A stretch of 63,196 bases of DNA, filler included, from Globobulimina sp. (GCA_003354225.1; 42 parts of 42 records of this genome joined end to end with filler, not necessarily neighbours in it), one strand, 5' to 3'. Numbered from the whole stretch's first letter, positions 1 through 11,746 are shown. Numbers and translations are program-made. Notes: generated by a model from the sequence alone, not told the origin.

Positions 1-911
1 ACTGTATTGTCGTACTGTAAATCGAAAATGTCTATATTAAATTTCGTCGATATCAATATTCGATATCGATATTCAAAAACAGTCGATAATATCTAGTTTC
101 GATATCGATATATCGTTGGAGCTCTAATTGTTATAATGAATTACAATCGGCTGCATTTCTGTGAATTACAAAATACGGTCCTATTGTTATATATAATGAA
201 TTACAATCGGCTGCGTTTCTGTAGGACTCTCTAATTTATGTCATTTTTCAGTTGTTGGCAAACATGCCTGTCGAAGAAGAAAATCCGGCCTCCAATTTTG
301 TGGCAATGCTTCCCGAACAGCCAAATGCATTCAACGAAGAACCTCACCCAATTGGCGTACCCCCAACGTTTGTCAGGCCTCCCGATTGCATTCTGATGGA
401 CGATAAGGTACTGTTTCTATTAATTTTTGGTCGCGACTGTCCTGTGTTGTTTCTAAACTATTAGAATTTCACAGTATGTTTTTAATTATTAGTATTTTAC
501 TGTCTATTTCTAAACTATTACAGTATACCTACTGTATGCGTGCGTGACAATTAATGGTCTGTCTGTTCCTATTTATGGTTTAATTATTTTGCCTTTTTTT
601 GTGACCCCGACCTCTGGAGGGGCCACTATTGTCCTCACGACTGTCCCGTGTTTTCTTTTCTCTTTGGAGAGGCCATAATACCTACTCTACTATTCATTTG
701 ATGGTCCATTTCTAAAAACTACTATGATATTTGACGGTCCATTTCTAAACTGTATGGGTAACAACATTTCACGGTCCCTTCCTATTTTGTATGAAAGGAT
801 TTATATTTTTTTGCCTTTTATCTATTTGCTAACATTTATGATTTTGGTTAATTTTGGTTGGTTGTCGCATAACATTTTACTAACTATTCACTATTCAAAA
901 CATTCACATTA

Positions 912-1400
912 ATGCGAGGGTCAGAGTGCCACCGTTGACGCAATCGCCAGACACTTGTGTGACCTTTGGCGGCAAGTCCTTACGATGCTGAGGTGGTGTG
1001 CCTTGTAGTCTTTAAGGGCTTTCCCCCCGTAAGGGGGCTTGGAGCACGGTAACGATAACACTCTTGCTGGTGTATCATACAAAAGCTTGAGGGTGTCCCG
1101 CTAAGTCTTGCAATATAGCTTAGTTGGAAGAGTTCGACCGCAGTAACTCGCCTCGACATTACAGAACCATTGTAGCACCTCGTACAAAAAGAGGAACCGC
1201 ACAGAGAGCGATTAGCCGAACGACTGGGTTATCCCCCTCTGCACCATGGGGAAATAATTGTCGACCGACCCCCAGTCTAGTACCCTAGTCGAGTGACAGC
1301 TGATCTTGGCCTAAATGGCACATGCTGTCTCGCATTCGACAAACAGGTATTAGGGAACGCATATACAGCCATCGGTGACAACACCTGGTACAGGAACATT
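912..1400 (+). ncRNA. Candidate large structured RNA or structured mobile-element UTR, family unknown
   Basis: GC-richer than its flank, no ORF in the track, nearly tiled by helices (e.g. 1024-1037 CCCCC-GTAA-GGGGG; 1222-1228/1271-1277; 1295-1300/1324-1329), with many G-U pairs on the + strand. Confidence 0.45.
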
Positions 1401-1408
1401 ATATTTTC

Positions 1409-1508
1409 NNNNNNNNNNNNNNNNNNNNNNNNNNNNNNNNNNNNNNNNNNNNTTAATTAATTAANNNNNNNNNNNNNNNNNNNNNNNNNNNNNNNNNNNN
1501 NNNNNNNN
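1409..1508. other. Artificial contig linker N44-TTAATTAATTAA-N44 (first of 41, recurring about every 1507 bp)
   Basis: Identical 100-nt linker with stops in all six frames separates 42 contigs of near-identical, decreasing length. Confidence 0.99.
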
Positions 1509-1701
1509 GAAAAAAGAATTAGAAGAAAAAGTGTATAATTCCGCTATAAAAATACAAAAAGTAACTCGTGGATTTTTAACACGACTCAGACTTAAAAGAG
1601 AACGGGAACCGAAAACTAAGAAAGGTAAGAAAGGCAAGAAAGGCAAGAAAGGCAAGAAAGGAAAAGGGAAAGGAAAAGGAAAGAAATCTAAAAAAAAGTG
1701 A
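1509..1701 (+). CDS. C-terminal fragment of an IQ-motif protein with a KKG-repeat tail (resembles DRC9/IQCG-type flagellar proteins)
   Basis: Frame from contig start: EKELEEKVYNSAIKIQKVTRGFLTRLRL...KKGKKGKKGKKG...KKK*; IQxxxRGxxxR motif. Confidence 0.6.
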
Positions 1702-1881
1702 ACAGAAATAAGTGTACTTAATTTCGAAAAACAGAGAATTAATATTATTGTTTATAAATTGAATTAAATTAAATCAAATCAGTACAAGCGACATTGTGTT
1801 TAACATTTAATGATACATCATACACACATATGCATTGAATAAATTATACAATAAATAAATCGGTACTGTACAGTGTATGTC

Positions 1882-2004
1882 TTATGGATTATTCATGCAC
1901 TCATTCCATTTAGTTTTGTAATGTTGTAATTGGAGTTTTAAATATTTGTTTTCTGCTCTTAATAATTCAAATTCCTGTTGTAATCCAAATGTGTGGCTCG
2001 CTGT

Positions 2005-2037
<33 letters not shown>

Positions 2038-2548
2038 GTGGTTGTGATTGGCATTTGTAATTTGGTGCAAATGCAATGATCTCAATTGATTATATCCGTG
2101 CGCGAATCTACATCCTTGACCCCAAGGACATGAACCATCCTTCCAATAGCTACATATCTGCGTTTTATATTTTCCTTCATCTTAAAAACAAATGTTTTCA
2201 AAATTAAATTAAATTAAATATAATATAATTACTGTATACTAATACAATATTAATTTGTATTATTTTACAAGTATATAACAGCGATTTATGTTGCAAACCT
2301 TCAGTAGAATTAGAATAGGAAATTGTATGTTTGCTGCGTGTACGGGAATGATGTTCGTGTTGCGATGATAACCTATGCTCGGAATGGTGTGATTGACAAA
2401 AATGAGATGATTTATGTCTACGTCTTGATCTTGATCTTGAACGAGATCGTGATCGGTGCTTTGATATAGATCTTGGTCTTGTTCTTTGTTTTTTGATCTT
2501 TTTCTCTTCGTTATTTTGTTTGCTGGGTGTTTTGGGTAAAAATTCCAT
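1882..2548 (-). CDS. RS-rich, single CCCH zinc-finger protein (TIS11-like YKTxxC lead-in); intron 2268..2181
   Basis: GT-AG splice restores EGKYKTQICSYWKDGSCPWGQGCRFAHG; RSRSRS tract in exon 1; poly-Asn and coiled-coil tail. Confidence 0.8.
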
Positions 2549-2757
2549 ATTCAAAAACTAAATACCATATAAAAACGTTTTGCGAATAGAAATACAAAAC
2601 TCGTTGTGGTTTATGCGGTTACTTATTGAATCATCTGTAGATTTGGGTCGTGTAAAGCGTTCCGATTGTGACATGGTTCTCTGGACAAACTCCGGATTTT
2701 CTTTCGTCATTCCCATTTCAAAAAACTTTACTCAAATATTAGGAGTGATGGCCAAAT

Positions 2758-2805
2758 ACACAATATGGACAAATATACGCTATACTGTCAGATAGAAACA
2801 ATATA
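2758..2805 (+). repeat. Interspersed repeat shared with 8219-8292
   Basis: ACACAATATGGACAAATA...ACGCTATACT(G/A)TCAGATAGAAACAATATA in two contigs; the second copy has an internal insertion. Confidence 0.75.
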
Positions 2806-2858
2806 AGGCCCAGATGGAAACAGTATTTGTAGATTGCGAATATTTGCAGTATAACTTA

Positions 2859-2893
2859 GTCAATCACAAAAGAAGTGTTTAGAAGTGTGAACC
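2859..2893. mobile_element. Single TIR end of the MITE family seen at 33167-33422
   Basis: 2859-2889 is the exact reverse complement of 33167-33197 and is followed by AACC, as at 33419-33422. Confidence 0.75.
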
Positions 2894-3031
2894 ATACAAC
2901 GTTCTTTTAGATTTATNNNNNNNNNNNNNNNNNNNNNNNNNNNNNNNNNNNNNNNNNNNNTTAATTAATTAANNNNNNNNNNNNNNNNNNNNNNNNNNNN
3001 NNNNNNNNNNNNNNNNAGTTTTGATAATTTA

Positions 3032-3163
3032 TTACAGGTAGGGAAACCATCTTCTCTCACGCCACAGGTGGTGATGGGGATCGACGATTTCGCGTTTAGG
3101 ATCGATGATCTGCTCTTCAACTTGATCGAGCCACTCCTTGCTGCCGGGATGATGATCTGTCAT
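3032..3163 (-). CDS. Bacterial amidohydrolase-family N-terminal fragment, chimerically joined
   Basis: MTDHHPGSKEWLDQVEEQIIDPKREIVDPHHHLW (metal-binding HxH motif); AAGGAGG Shine-Dalgarno at 3175-3169; higher GC; truncated. Confidence 0.75.
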   Translation of the reverse strand: MTDHHPGSKEWLDQVEEQIIDPKREIVDPHHHLWRERRWFPYL

Positions 3164-3197
3164 GTGCACCTCCTTAACTAAATGTCTCTGAGTTTGC

Positions 3198-4182
3198 CCA
3201 ATTATTAGAAACGAATCAAGCATTGAGACCTATAATGCATTAATAAATGATCCGTCATCAATTATTGGCAATTATTCAAATTCAACCTATTACAAAGTGT
3301 TTATTTCTTGGTGGAAAAGTAGAGTCAACTCACCACAGCAGACTGTGTCATATATTCTTGCAACACCAAATTTCAATCCTTATACAGGTTAATATGTATA
3401 TTTTATATAACAACTAATAACAGAATATGTATACTGTCTGTTTTTATATAGCATCGGCATTACAAAATAGCGAACATTATCGAGATGCAATAAACGAAAT
3501 TAAAAATGATGAAAAATATGCGAAATATGTAGATATATATTTGCATAATTCGTTGTATTGGGAAATTGATAGTTTGCATAAAACAAATAAAACAATGCCG
3601 GCTGGCTTAGCAATAATCATTGGAATTGTATTTATTTTGATTGGATGTGTATTCAAATCTATATTTTTACCGTTTCGTTTGTTTTTATGCATTGTGGTAC
3701 CAATTGTGTTTGTGTACGGTGTACTGACAGGAATATACCAGCATGGATGGCTGAGTTGGACGACGTGGGATTCCTTACATAGAACAGGTGGCATATACTG
3801 GATAATGCCAGTTATAACTTGTACAGTTTTGATTGGTTTAGCTTTGGATTATGAAATATTTCTATTTTCGCGTGTTTATGAATATCGATCCAAAGGATAT
3901 ACGACCACTGCTTCGATTATTTTGGCGGTTTCAACCACCGGCCCTATTATTTCCGCGGCGGGTTTTGTTATGTGTTTGGCATTCGGTGGATTATTATTGG
4001 AAAATATCACTGCGTCAAATCAGATGGGTGTTGTATTTGTATTTGGTGTGTTTGTTGACACTTTTATTGTGCGGCCACTAATTGTCCCAGCTGTATTATC
4101 ATTTGCTGATACATTGAATTGGTATCCTACAAAAATGCCAATTCCTACAAAAGATCAATTTGGTCCATTATTGCTGCCGTAA
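3198..4182 (+). CDS. MMPL/RND-family membrane transporter, 3' part; intron 3388..3451
   Basis: GLALDYEIFLFSRVYE, TGPIISAAG and DTFIVRPLIVPA motifs; in-frame GT-AG intron. Confidence 0.85.
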
Positions 4183-4702
4183 ATTTTGACATATCTAGTA
4201 TTTTTATATCAGTATATTTCTATTTTTGTATTTTTTTTTAAATATGACCTTGTAAAATTCTATAATTTATTATTTACCGAAAATTCTATAAATCTGACAT
4301 AGTGGAATCAATCTGGTTTCCTTTATCTTCTTTTTTTATGTGTTTTGATTTTATGTTATGGTTCATTTTTTTATTTACTAAACGTTAATGTATAAGGTAT
4401 AATTTTAAATAATAATAATAATATNNNNNNNNNNNNNNNNNNNNNNNNNNNNNNNNNNNNNNNNNNNNTTAATTAATTAANNNNNNNNNNNNNNNNNNNN
4501 NNNNNNNNNNNNNNNNNNNNNNNNTAAATTTCTAAAAATAAACAATGCAAACACTTTTGTGTCTTAATTAAAAATGTATGGAGTTATAAAAACTAGAATC
4601 GATCAACGCCGTATTGGAAATCAAAGAAGCAAATTAAATTTAAGAAAAAAAAGCACAAAGTCACTCCAAAAATTAAATAAAATGACATATGGAAAGATAT
4701 CA

Positions 4703-5150
4703 TTAATATTTGTATTTAAATGCTTTATGAAACTGCTCCATTCGTTCAACAACTTGTTGTATATCACTCTCCGGCGGCAAAATAGTTGTTCTTAAATGGA
4801 ACGTTCCATCTTTTTGTCCAAATCCACTGCCGGGAACACAACAAATCCCTGCATTCTCCAATAATTCCAAACAATACAACGCATCGGCTGGAATTCCTAA
4901 AATCGCAGCTTCGTCCACTGCTTCTTTCGAGATCTCAATAGTTGGAAAGGCGTACATTGCCCCATCAATATTCTGACACGAAATACCATTTATTTTATTT
5001 AAATTTTCACTCACAACTCTTGCTCTCCTCTTTAATGATTCAAACAATTCATTATATTCACTGTTAAATAAATCATATGAATCGTCCCCTTTTTTTGGAT
5101 GATTGCACATTAAATCCACAGTACATTGGCCCATTGTGTTTGGACATAAA
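4703..5150 (-). CDS. Alanine aminotransferase, C-terminal part (eukaryotic type)
   Basis: LCPNTMGQ...GAMYAFP...YCLELLENAGICCVPGSGFGQKDGTFHLRTTILP. Confidence 0.9.
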
Positions 5151-5932
5151 TTAAAAGCTGTATCTGTCATTTGATTAGATGGATCATTCCAAACATAGAC
5201 ATATGGTATTCCTGTACCTTGTGGTGTTGCATAAATTGAACCATTGCATGCATTGTAACAATCAATATCTGTTGGTGTTAATGTAACAATCGGATTAGGC
5301 TGAAAACTAATATTCACCGTATCACCTATTCCACAACCAGTTCCATTATCTTCAAACCATTCAAATACATAATCTCCGTATTGATCAACTGTAACATCTG
5401 AAATTGCAGTATTCGTTGGATTAAAAGTTGCGAATCCTGGTCCTGATATCATATTCCATGTTCCTGTACCTACAGTTGCAGTTCCTTGTAAAGGATAAGT
5501 TAAACTACATATGCTATCATCTACTCCTGCATTTGGAATTGGTAAAGTACAACAATATGGATGTCCCGGAGGCAAAACAGTAATTGAAACAGTATCTGGT
5601 ACAGAAGAACAGCCAAATTCAGTAACAGTTAAGATTATATCATAAGTTCCACCAGTAGTCCAATTAACATCATAAGGACCTTGTCCAGAACCAGACACAA
5701 TGCTACCGCCAGCAAAATCCCAATTATATGTACCTGCAACAGTTCCATTACCTGTATATGTTATAGTTGAATTAGTATAAGTACAAACTGAATCAACTAA
5801 TGTAAATGTTGAAGAAGGAGCTTGAAATACTTCTGTGGGTTGAGTTGTTGTAAAATCGCATAATGTATCTGAAATATTCAATGTTCCATCACATATTACT
5901 TTAAAATCATCAATATTCCATCCTTTATAAGC
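5140..5932 (-). CDS. Bacteroidota-type PKD/SprB-repeat surface protein fragment, fused in frame to the AlaAT part
   Basis: TYNWDFAGG, GPYDVNWTTGGTY, NAGVDDSIC, C..ACNGSI...GTGIPYVYVWNDP repeats. Confidence 0.75.
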
Positions 5933-6032
5933 NNNNNNNNNNNNNNNNNNNNNNNNNNNNNNNNNNNNNNNNNNNNTTAATTAATTAANNNNNNNNNNNN
6001 NNNNNNNNNNNNNNNNNNNNNNNNNNNNNNNN

Positions 6033-6353
6033 GATCATGACCCATAATTTAAGCAATATATGACCCAACAAAGTTTGGGTAATAATAATATGACACAGTT
6101 ATGGTATAAAACATTGCCTGGTAATTTGGGGGAGTGTGCCATTTTATTTTTGAATCGAGATATGACAATGAGTTATAATGTAAATGTTATGTTTAATCAA
6201 TTACCGTTTGTTAAAGATCATGGTCAGGATCTTTATTGTGATTATTTCGATGTTTGGAACAAGAAAATGATGACAAATGCTGTGGAGCTTAACATAACAT
6301 TATCACCACAACATGTTACATTCTTAAGATTACAAAATTGTACAAGCAAATAA
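6033..6353 (+). CDS. GH27 alpha-galactosidase-like C-terminal beta-sandwich fragment
   Basis: QLWYKTL...CAILFLNRD...DVWN...LSPQHVTFLRL pattern. Confidence 0.6.
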
Positions 6354-6423
6354 TTTTCATTTTTTTCATTAAGTAACAAAGATAAATGTAAAAAACATCG
6401 ATCCTTTCAGTTTTTCACAAAGA

Positions 6424-7440
6424 ATGTCGTTCAAACCTTTCATACTATGTTTATTACTACTAATCTCATCCACTCTCGCCATCATACATGATTTCACAAC
6501 AGATTCCACTAAAATCTATCCATACATGCAAATATCAATGGACATTCTGATTACAACAACACCATTAAACTGTAGCACAATTTTCTTCATTGATAAGTTT
6601 CTCTCAATATCCATAACATCGCATAATATTCTTCAAGTGCAAATAGTGACTAATCCCATCCATAACCATCCAATAATTCCACATACCATATATACACTCA
6701 ATATAACACTCAATCCATCAAACAACCATTATTCACTGCATTCTTCATCAGATATGCAAACATTTCCATTCACTGTCGCATCAATACAATACATAATATC
6801 TCATACGCTCGTTATCAATGACAAGTATGCTCAGATAACCAATCTTCGCATAATCTCAGACGGTATGAATATAATATATCATCATTCCTCATTACATTAC
6901 AATTTACAAATGACATTTGTTACAGAAGCAGCATCAAATACATATCTTTTATATTCATATTCAACCAGTAACAATAAAATATTTTTAAAAATTAATAATA
7001 ATTCATTGACAACCTCTCAAACAGCAGAAGATGACCAATATGAATCTATATTTGGTCCCAATGTGACAGAGCTACAAGAAATAATATTTATAGCCATTAT
7101 TATGGTTGGCTTGATTTGTTTGTTAGCAATTATTGCTTATGCAATAGCTAAAAAATGCAATCAAAGGAAGAAGAATAAATTTGACAAACAAAGTTCATAT
7201 GAAAAGATTAATATACGTGGCGGTGCCCACTCTGTGGTTCATTTTGTGGATGAAAAACCAGGCAATAATGATGTCAATGTTTTTAAAGATGCACAAATTC
7301 CATTGACACCAGCTGTGGCAAAGAAATGTGTGACTGAGAAAGAGGAAAAACGGAGTGAAAGGAAAGAAGGGGAGGATGTTAAGGGGAATATTGCGGAGGT
7401 TGGTGTTGCTAATACGTTGGATACAACTGGTTTGATTAAA
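6424..7440 (+). CDS. Type I membrane protein of unknown function (3' truncated)
   Basis: N-terminal signal peptide, one TM segment (IIFIAIIMVGLICLLAIIAYAIA), basic stop-transfer residues. Confidence 0.6.
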
Positions 7441-7540
7441 NNNNNNNNNNNNNNNNNNNNNNNNNNNNNNNNNNNNNNNNNNNNTTAATTAATTAANNNN
7501 NNNNNNNNNNNNNNNNNNNNNNNNNNNNNNNNNNNNNNNN

Positions 7541-8006
7541 TTAGCAGAAAACCTAAATTGTTTAATACCGTTGCGTCAGAGAGTTGTTGTTGTGATTTTA
7601 GATGACTTTGATAGTTGGTTTGGCAGTGCGCATCGCAGGAAAACCAGCCTTTGGATCGATAATATCTTTGATACTGAGCTTGTTCGTACATATATGCTTC
7701 ATTCACATGAGTTTGCTCGATCCTATCTGCGTTATCCATGGCGCTGTCAAACAGATTTTGGGTCTGTACGTCGACGCTGTAGCCTTTGGCGAGCGACACA
7801 ATCAATAAACCGAGTGCCCAGAATAAGGTCATCAAATAATGTCTGCGCATAAAGTTTGTAGTTGCAGTCAAGATGAATGATACGGGCGCATTGCTAAATG
7901 AATGAAGGGAAACTTGATTCGATGAACTTCCTGAATAAAATGCATCGTTGGAATAGGGGTTGTTATTCTGTGCTCTTCTGTTGTAGGCACCATTGTATTG
8001 ACTCAT
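7541..8006 (-). CDS. Hypothetical membrane protein (3' truncated)
   Basis: ORF from ATG with one TM segment and an SKGWFSCDAHC motif. Confidence 0.55.
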
Positions 8007-8726
8007 TTTGTTTAAAGAAAGGTCACCTTGACATTAAACAACGTACAGCGGGAAAAACCTTTAGCTAGTTTGAGTTTTTTGAAGATCAATGCAAGAAAAA
8101 AAGAAAAAAAGAAACGCTGAGTTTTGATATGGCAAGAAACCAGAAATACGTACGGCAAACCTCAAAGTAGAGCGTCTGTCTTTGTACCAATTGTGCTGTA
8201 AATACCATTAATTTGCAAACACAATATGGACAAATAGAATACAATAACGGTCATATGACAACGCTATACTATCAGATAGAAACAATATAGGCAATAGAAG
8301 GTTTGCATTGGGTTTGCTAAAAATAGAGTGACAGTTTGTATATATGTTCAGTTTGTATTTTGCATAAATTTAATCATATACAAAATATGAACCGTTAGTT
8401 AAGTGAGAAAAAAACATAAATTAATAATTAGAAAAAAATAAGTTTTTATTGTACAATTACAATTATTGCAATTGTGTGTGTTTCTGGCTTTTTTGATGTG
8501 CATTGTATCCACTCTTTGAAGTAAATCTTTTTTTACACAGCTTACATTCATATGGTTTCTCACCAGCTGTTTAATTAATATTTTATAGTATGTGTCAGAA
8601 GTTGCAAGGTAAATGAATATGAAATTAAATGAATATGAAGGTTTGTACATAATATACAATATATAATATACATGTACTAGTACTAGTACATACATATAAA
8701 GTATTCATGTGCGAGCCAGTACCTGA

Positions 8727-8772
8727 TTTGAGAAATTCATACCAGATTCAAATCTCTCATGAATTTCTCAAA
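8727..8772. repeat. 14-bp perfect inverted repeat with 18-nt loop
   Basis: TTTGAGAAATTCAT (8727-8740) / ATGAATTTCTCAAA (8759-8772). Confidence 0.8.
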
Positions 8773-9048
8773 GCAACGGTTTGTTATATACCGTATATAC
8801 ATATAAAGTATACGGAAACACTAAATAACGGAAACTAAACTATGAATTCTTCGATGAACCACCAAATTACATCTCGCAGTAAACGATTTTGAACAAAATG
8901 CACATTTAAATGGTCTTTCTCCACTATGAACACGTAAATGGTCCACCANNNNNNNNNNNNNNNNNNNNNNNNNNNNNNNNNNNNNNNNNNNNTTAATTAA
9001 TTAANNNNNNNNNNNNNNNNNNNNNNNNNNNNNNNNNNNNNNNNNNNN

Positions 9049-10456
9049 TCTTCCACACCACCACTGATAGAGTATTACATTCAGTCGAGACTGATTCAAA
9101 GGATATTACAACAGAGCGAGTGTTATTGACCAAATCTGATGTACATAAGTTTAAAAAAGAATATAAAAGTGTTAAATTGTTATATTCAGAGGACATTTTG
9201 ACGGATTATTTGTTACAATTAGATGCTGAATACATTGCAAGGGATAGGAATATGATCGAATCAGTTGACGTATCAAACCATATTGGATTAGGATTACAAA
9301 TAAAAGTTAAATGGAAAGAAGAGTCAATGTATGAACCGGTATTTGGTTTTTCAAAAACAGATTGCACCAATGATGAGGATACAATTTTATTTTTGTTATC
9401 AGCAAACTCGACAGCAATGGAATACATTCAAGCGGAAAAGTATCACTCTGTTTGTTTCGGGAAAATAAAAAGAATTTATGATCAGCGATTTAGTAAAGAA
9501 ATATCCAAATGTCAATGCGACCGACAACCAATGTCCATCTTTGTCCAATCCCCCAGCAATGCAGGTTTGTACATTTACAGTTAGTAATTTATTATATAAC
9601 CATGATACGAATACTTAGTGAAATGGATCCATCCATTGATGAACAATAATATTGTGGCTAATCAATCAGTATTAATGCATTTTAAATTGCAACGATTGCC
9701 GTTGTTTGATGACAGTAACTTGAACATGGATATGGTGGCAAAATATCGAATTGGATTTTCAACCGACACTAACTGCAGTACCATCAATATAGAAAGTACA
9801 ATAAAACCAATTCAAATATTAAATAACGTACCAATGTCAATGGTATTTTCTGCATTGATGACATTCGAACCAACAACATATTTATCGACATGTTTTACAA
9901 CTACCACGCTATCGAATGCTGGTTCATTTTGGCAAAAGCAAATTGGATCAGATTTTATAATCGATGCGACAGCGTCCAATCCAATTACATTAACACCGAT
10001 AATTAATAATAATCCAATCATTACATCCATATCACCACAAATCACTGCACCAAATACACGTATTTATGTTAATGGAGAATCTACGAACAATTTAACAACC
10101 AATCCACGGCAAATTAGCTTCGCTGAATTTGATTCGACGGAATGCGAAACAACAGTTAATTCAGAATTGCTTTCCCCAAAAAAGGAAGGGGAATATAAAC
10201 CGTGTTTGAATGGAATTGCTGAAACTAAAAATTATTTCCATTCTCCACTGATTGTTCATGAGAGTTAAGTTTATATCTCGTACGCTTTAATATTTATATA
10301 TTATTCATTGACAATTTGAAAAATAATATAGAGGTCAGCAGTGATGTAAGCATAGAAACATTGTTACAAAATGAAATTGAAGATAATTGCTTTGTATTTA
10401 ATAATTTTGAGGATGTGAATAAAATGGAAGGCAGAATAAAAGTTTATTATGACCAA
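9049..10456 (+). CDS. Fragment of a large hypothetical protein, probably multi-exon
   Basis: Three consecutive ORFs separated by short GT...AG AT-rich gaps. Confidence 0.5.
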
Positions 10457-10873
10457 NNNNNNNNNNNNNNNNNNNNNNNNNNNNNNNNNNNNNNNNNNNN
10501 TTAATTAATTAANNNNNNNNNNNNNNNNNNNNNNNNNNNNNNNNNNNNNNNNNNNNACCGGATGCTGCTGCTGTTGCAATAATGACTCCCGCTTCTGCTG
10601 CAATGGCTCCCGCTGCTGCAGTACTTCCTCCTACAACTGCACCTGTCGCTGTTGCTGTTGCGGTGGCTCCACCAGCGGCTTCAACAACGAGTGCAGCTTC
10701 CATAGCAACAGCTGCTGTTCCTCCAGTTGCGATAATAACAGCGCCTACAACGACAACCATATTTAATAGTGACCTTTTTGGGTTAGCACAATGAGTGGTA
10801 AGATAAGTAGTGGTTAAAGGATTGTTTTTTGAAAATTTAGATAAGTAGGTTTTGATGTTAAAGTTTAGTAAAA

Positions 10874-11746
10874 GTGCTTACAGTCTCAATTAAAACAAAA
10901 TGGCATAGCTTTGTAACTGCTAAAAATACCAAGTCGTCTATGCATCTATCATCTCAAAACCAAAGTGATAATTCCGATAAAAAACTGAATCATTTTGATG
11001 ATGTAATACATGGAGTACCATATATATCTTCATATTCATCATCAGCGTTTTCAACGTCATCAAATGATTCAGATTCCATTCATTCGCAATCCATAAATCA
11101 ATCACAATCACCATATTTATCATCACCATCCACTCCATCTCCTTCTCATAGTAATTATAATAATTCACTGAACATTGAATTCGGACAAGAAGAAAATAAA
11201 AATCAAATCGCAGAAAACCGATATAAATATCATCTGAGTTTATTATTACAAATGCGATCGCCATCAACCCACACAATGATATGTTATGATACTAAAATAT
11301 CTGCTATTTTCATCTCAATTTGGTGTTTTTTCAATATGTTTACAAATATACAACAAGGCAATTTTGACCTTTTTAATAAATTATTACTATTTTTAATTTC
11401 AATGTTAATGATTTATAAAGATTTAATACTATGCAATGGACAAAGTGCATTGCCAATGTTGCTTTTATTTAATTTTATAATTAAACTTTCAATTCAATTT
11501 ATTGTTAATTTTAATTTGCAGAACAAAACCAATGGAATAAATTTATTTATTATTTTAATTATTTTATTATTCACATCACAACGATTTATATTTAATTATT
11601 TTAGTAAAAATATTCAAAATGATATCCATTGGAATTTAATGCGATGCCATTTTTTTTATCGAGGCTTCACAATTCGTTGTGTAACATTTCTAATTTACTG
11701 TTGGTTCAGGTTTGTAATTCTGTCAATTTGCAGCATAATGAGTTAG
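10874..11746 (+). CDS. Hypothetical multi-pass membrane protein with a Ser-rich N-terminus
   Basis: 290-aa ORF with several hydrophobic segments; may continue into 11769-11964. Confidence 0.45.
   Translation: MLTVSIKTKWHSFVTAKNTKSSMHLSSQNQSDNSDKKLNHFDDVIHGVPYISSYSSSAFSTSSNDSDSIHSQSINQSQSPYLSSPSTPSPSHSNYNNSLNIEFGQEENKNQIAENRYKYHLSLLLQMRSPSTHTMICYDTKISAIFISIWCFFNMFTNIQQGNFDLFNKLLLFLISMLMIYKDLILCNGQSALPMLLLFNFIIKLSIQFIVNFNLQNKTNGINLFIILIILLFTSQRFIFNYFSKNIQNDIHWNLMRCHFFYRGFTIRCVTFLIYCWFRFVILSICSIMS

Noticed and set aside
10557-10794. Ala-rich ORFs on both strands
   Set aside because: Low-complexity GCN/ACN codons keep both strands open; too short and truncated to assign
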